In this document: positions 60,666-64,000 of the stretch, in pieces | How the letters are laid out: every line of letters begins with the position of its first letter | Numbering within the stretch: the stretch's first letter is position 1 | Origin: Macrostomum hystrix | Taxonomy: Eukaryota > Animalia > Platyhelminthes | NCBI GenBank assembly: GCA_950097015.1 | Contig: CATNEN010000002.1 | Span: 9,238,001 to 9,302,000, forward strand | Length of the DNA: 64,000 nucleotides | Direction of reading: 5' to 3' | The notes under the pieces: generated by a model | Told to the model about the DNA's origin: nothing | Databases searched by the model: none | The model's input: the letters and a program-made list of their open reading frames with translations, nothing else | Program-made: the position numbers and the translations under genes

Positions 60666-63600
60666 TCAGCTGTGGGCCACTGTGATTCCAGCGGCCGTCT
60701 GCATGGCTGTTTCCATCTCGTCCACCTTGGACGGCCCGTGCTTCACCAGCATAAATATCTGCAATTAAGGAATGTCATACGAGCGTAATACTTTGCAATG
60801 CTCAGATTCCAACAACAGCCAAGTCGATAAGCACGGTTACCTTGCTGCCAAAGACCAGCAGCAGGGTGGTGGTCGCGCATGCAATGATGCAGCAGGCGAT
60901 CAGTGTCACTTGCAGCTCCAGACTCGAGGACGGCAGGGCGAATAGAATCACAACTCCAATGAGCCCCATCACGGTAGTGTTGTACACGCAGACCCCAATC
61001 TTTTTCGAATCATTCAGCGCCTCCACCTGCACCGTGCGAGTCTCCCAGGCGAAGAAAAGTGCAAAAAGAAGCAAGAAACCTGTATTTGGGAATTCATCGC
61101 GCTTGCTGATTTGAGTTTTTTTTATTCAGGAGCCAAGAAGTCAAGCTTAAACCCATCAACGAACCTTTTATACCAAGCTCAACGGCGATCCAGACTGTCC
61201 TGTAGCGACAAGTGCACTGATCAATGCGAGACCTCAGAAGCGTTCCGTCCTCGATTTCCTGAAGCGAAAATTATTTTTCAAGCGATATTTATAAAACCTG
61301 ATTTATTGCTTTTTGATTCATGTTGAGCAGCCCCTATTTGTTTAGATACAGTTTGACCAAAGGTAAAACTAACCACAATGGGCAGGAAAGTCCGCTCAAC
61401 CTGCAACGGGTCAACGGCGCCCCAAGCAACGAGCAGAACTACGTCGGTGGCGAGCACTAGCAGAGTCACGGCGAACAGGTGAGAATCTTTGATGGCCTGT
61501 CAGGAGGAAATCGATGGGAAATATTCGACTGCACACTTATAGATTACAACTGAAGGTGCCGAAGGTGCTGAAGCCGCACTCACCACCCTGCGCAGCTTGA
61601 TGTTGGTGAAGATGCGGTGCACCCGCCAGGTCTTGGCCAGCATGGCGCCGAACGCAGCCGAATAGCCCAGAGTCAGCAAGGCGGTCTGCGCCCAGCACAT
61701 CGCGGCGCTGACTGGCCAGTAGGAATTCAGCGCCATCACAATGCAGGACGCGTAGCACATGAGGCAGCCGGCGCCGATCACATTGTTTACGAGCGGGCTG
61801 CTCATCTTGATGAGGCGCAGCTCCCTGAATTGAAAATTCACCGAAATCGCCGCCACAGACAGCGCGATGCCAGCCGAGGAGGCCGAGCTGAGTGCGACTG
61901 CGGCTGCGCCTCCCAGCTGCAGTGACTCGGTGACCACCTCCGGAGCGTCCTTGGGAGGTGAACCACCTGAAGTGCAAGTGTTCGATGCCTTAGATTATGC
62001 TTGTCGTATGTTTGAATTTTAGCACTCGACGCCAAGTCGTCTGTCATTATGAGTAAAGATTGAAGCACCTGCAAACCAGAAGTCCCCAGTCCAGTTCATC
62101 ATGCCAGTCATCGGGCTGTATGTTCCCACCAGATTTCGTGTCAGATCTATAAATGGCAGTCAGATGCAGATATCAATCGGTTAGTGAATTGAGATTAAAA
62201 ACTCTTGCTCAAATTGAGTTCACACGCACTGCGTAGCTGATAAAGCCTGACGGTGGAAGTGCGGTCGCCGTTTGCGTCGAACACAACTCGACCCTGAACG
62301 AATAATAAAGCCTTGGTACATTGCAGCTTAACAACAGGTTTATAAGGAATTAAATAATATTGAATGTATTTTTACAGACACCCCGACGAAATTCAGGTTC
62401 AAGATATTTCTGAAGAGCGCCGCCTTGAACGACGAGTTCCCCAGCTGCAGCTGCTCCGAGTAATTCCAGGACTGCAGCGTCTGGTTCAGCGCCAGGGCTG
62501 CCGACATGACGGAGTCGAAGCGAAGGTCGAAACCGCGAATTGTCTTCATCTGCGCATCGGCGCGTCTGGCGGGGTATTCGCTGAGGAACTGGCTGTACAG
62601 TTCAGTCAACGTCTGCTCAAAATTAGGAAAAGGGTTTTGGGTTTGTTCGGGACCTTCCGTCGAAGCAATCCACTTAAAATGCTCCAACCTTTCCTGCCGG
62701 GCCGATTCTCGTCTCGATGAGTTCTGGATCCATCACAGCCGTGTCCGACTCGACCGAGCCTTCCAAACTGACCGCCCTGTCCGAGTCGGGACAAGAGCCC
62801 ACTAAGGCAGTGCTCGTGAATGGCAGGCCGACCTGAACCCAAAAGTACTTCGGACCGTATGCGCCCAGTCGTTTGATCTGAAAGATCAGGTTATGAATGA
62901 GCATTAGACAGTAGAAATAATTAGACTTCAATAGTGTCGATGCGGCGAGGGGTCTGACTTTGGTACCAAAGTCGTAAGATTGGATCAGAGCCACTATTTA
63001 CTTGGGACGCAGCCGCAAATAGAAGGCCACTCGCCAAAGCACATTGACAGTGTACATTGTCTGACGATGAAAAATTCAGGACGGATGTGCACATTATGTG
63101 TACATATGTATGTGCCGGCATAACATTACCAGGTGCGTGTTGGTGATTATTCAAGGGGCCAGAGAAATTGGCAGAATTGCCTCCTCGCTGACTCTGTCGA
63201 CTGGCACATGTAGTGCTTCAGTGCCCGGTGTTCGCGGAAAGCACAGCTCCTCAAGAGCTCCACGACTCTCCACTTACCAGGCATTCGAATCTTTTTCCAG
63301 GTTCTTCCTGGCTGCCCACTCGGACAACAATGAAGATTCGGATGTCGTTTTTCTGCGGGCGGAGTGAGTTGACATTGTATATTTGGAATGGGTAGCAGAA
63401 GTCATTGGAGCCAACCACTAGAGTCTTGAATGTATAAAACCCTATTTTGCAACCCGCAAGGCACAAGGCAGAAAAAAGATTTTTCTCGTAAAGTACAAAT
63501 TGTAAGTCAAAGTAAAAAATATAAATTAAATTTGTCGCTTTGAAAACTCTTAACATGGCCTAAAATCTTCCGCTCTATACGATGAATGAACTTCCAGAAT

Positions 63601-63905
63601 CACAAAACAACGTCGGGGTGCCTCGGGGCAAAAACCATCAAAGCGGGTGACAAATTCTGCTCACAAAATTTTGGGAGTTATCGTGAAGTAGGCAGTGGGT
63701 ACTTAAAGTACCCCTGTGGTATTTCCCCAGGGTAAATGTGGCATTGATGTTTCGCGGGCAGTTGTCTCCGTTTATTGTACACCCAGGCTTCATAATTCAA
63801 TTCAAGAGCACCAACCAGCATGTTGAGGATTGCGTCCGTGGCATCTGTACCGAAGATCATTTTCTGATAAGACGTCAGATTGTTGCGAATGAGAGCCGCT
63901 TCAAT
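60666..63905 (-). CDS. GABA-B receptor-like class C GPCR, 5' part outside the window
   Basis: Exons 63816-63905, 63278-63352, 62689-62877, 62376-62612, 62230-62293, 62069-62146, 61584-61966, 61374-61496, 61165-61258, 60841-61079, 60666-60758 join in frame. Motifs GAYGPKYFWV, FVGVSGRVVFDANGDR, WFAGGSPPKD, IKMSSPLVNNVI, FGAMLAKTWRVHRIF, FFAWETRTVQVEALNDSKKIGVCVYN. Subtype not resolved. Confidence 0.88.
63555..63740. mobile_element. Family C MITE-like copy in a GABA-B-like intron
   Basis: cttccgctctatacgatgaatgaacttccagaatcacaaaaca matches 41755-41800. Confidence 0.5.
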
Positions 63906-64000
63906 CTGAAGAGTAACCTAAAAATATAATACAAATTACGGCAAGTACATTTGAATCAGACACACAATGGACTAAATTTCCCCATCAAAACAGTCAAATC

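Noticed and set aside
63120-63260. Intronic segment encoding STESARRQFCQ, resembling a duplicated GABA-B exon
   Set aside because: No convincing splice sites in the required phase; the similarity is short and may be chance.

Overview
Eukaryotic (metazoan) genomic DNA with spliced genes. GC-rich exons, repeat-stuffed introns and TTAGGG suggest a flatworm such as Macrostomum, which is an inference only. I reconstructed seven intron-containing genes by hand from GT/GC-AG boundaries and reading-frame continuity. They are PDIA5 (minus, 16 exons), a giant Hillarin-like protein (plus), a CEP89-like coiled-coil protein (minus), casein kinase I gamma (minus), two tandem KY/Hillarin-family paralogs (minus), and a 5'-truncated GABA-B-like class C GPCR (minus). 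Most long ORFs in the supplied track are artefacts of intronic minisatellites. The main findings are: (1) in the first 42 kb most long introns carry their own distinct minisatellite, while no array is seen after about 42.1 kb; (2) three transglutaminase-fold proteins all lack the catalytic Cys/His, and two end in a domain resembling the dynein microtubule-binding domain; (3) the first exons of those two paralogs are about 98% identical while the rest is about 50% identical, suggesting gene conversion; (4) PDIA5 has a 13-nt micro-exon, a GC-AG intron and an in-frame duplicated splice acceptor. Repeat boundaries and copy numbers are approximate hand estimates. No prokaryotic features or CRISPR arrays were found.
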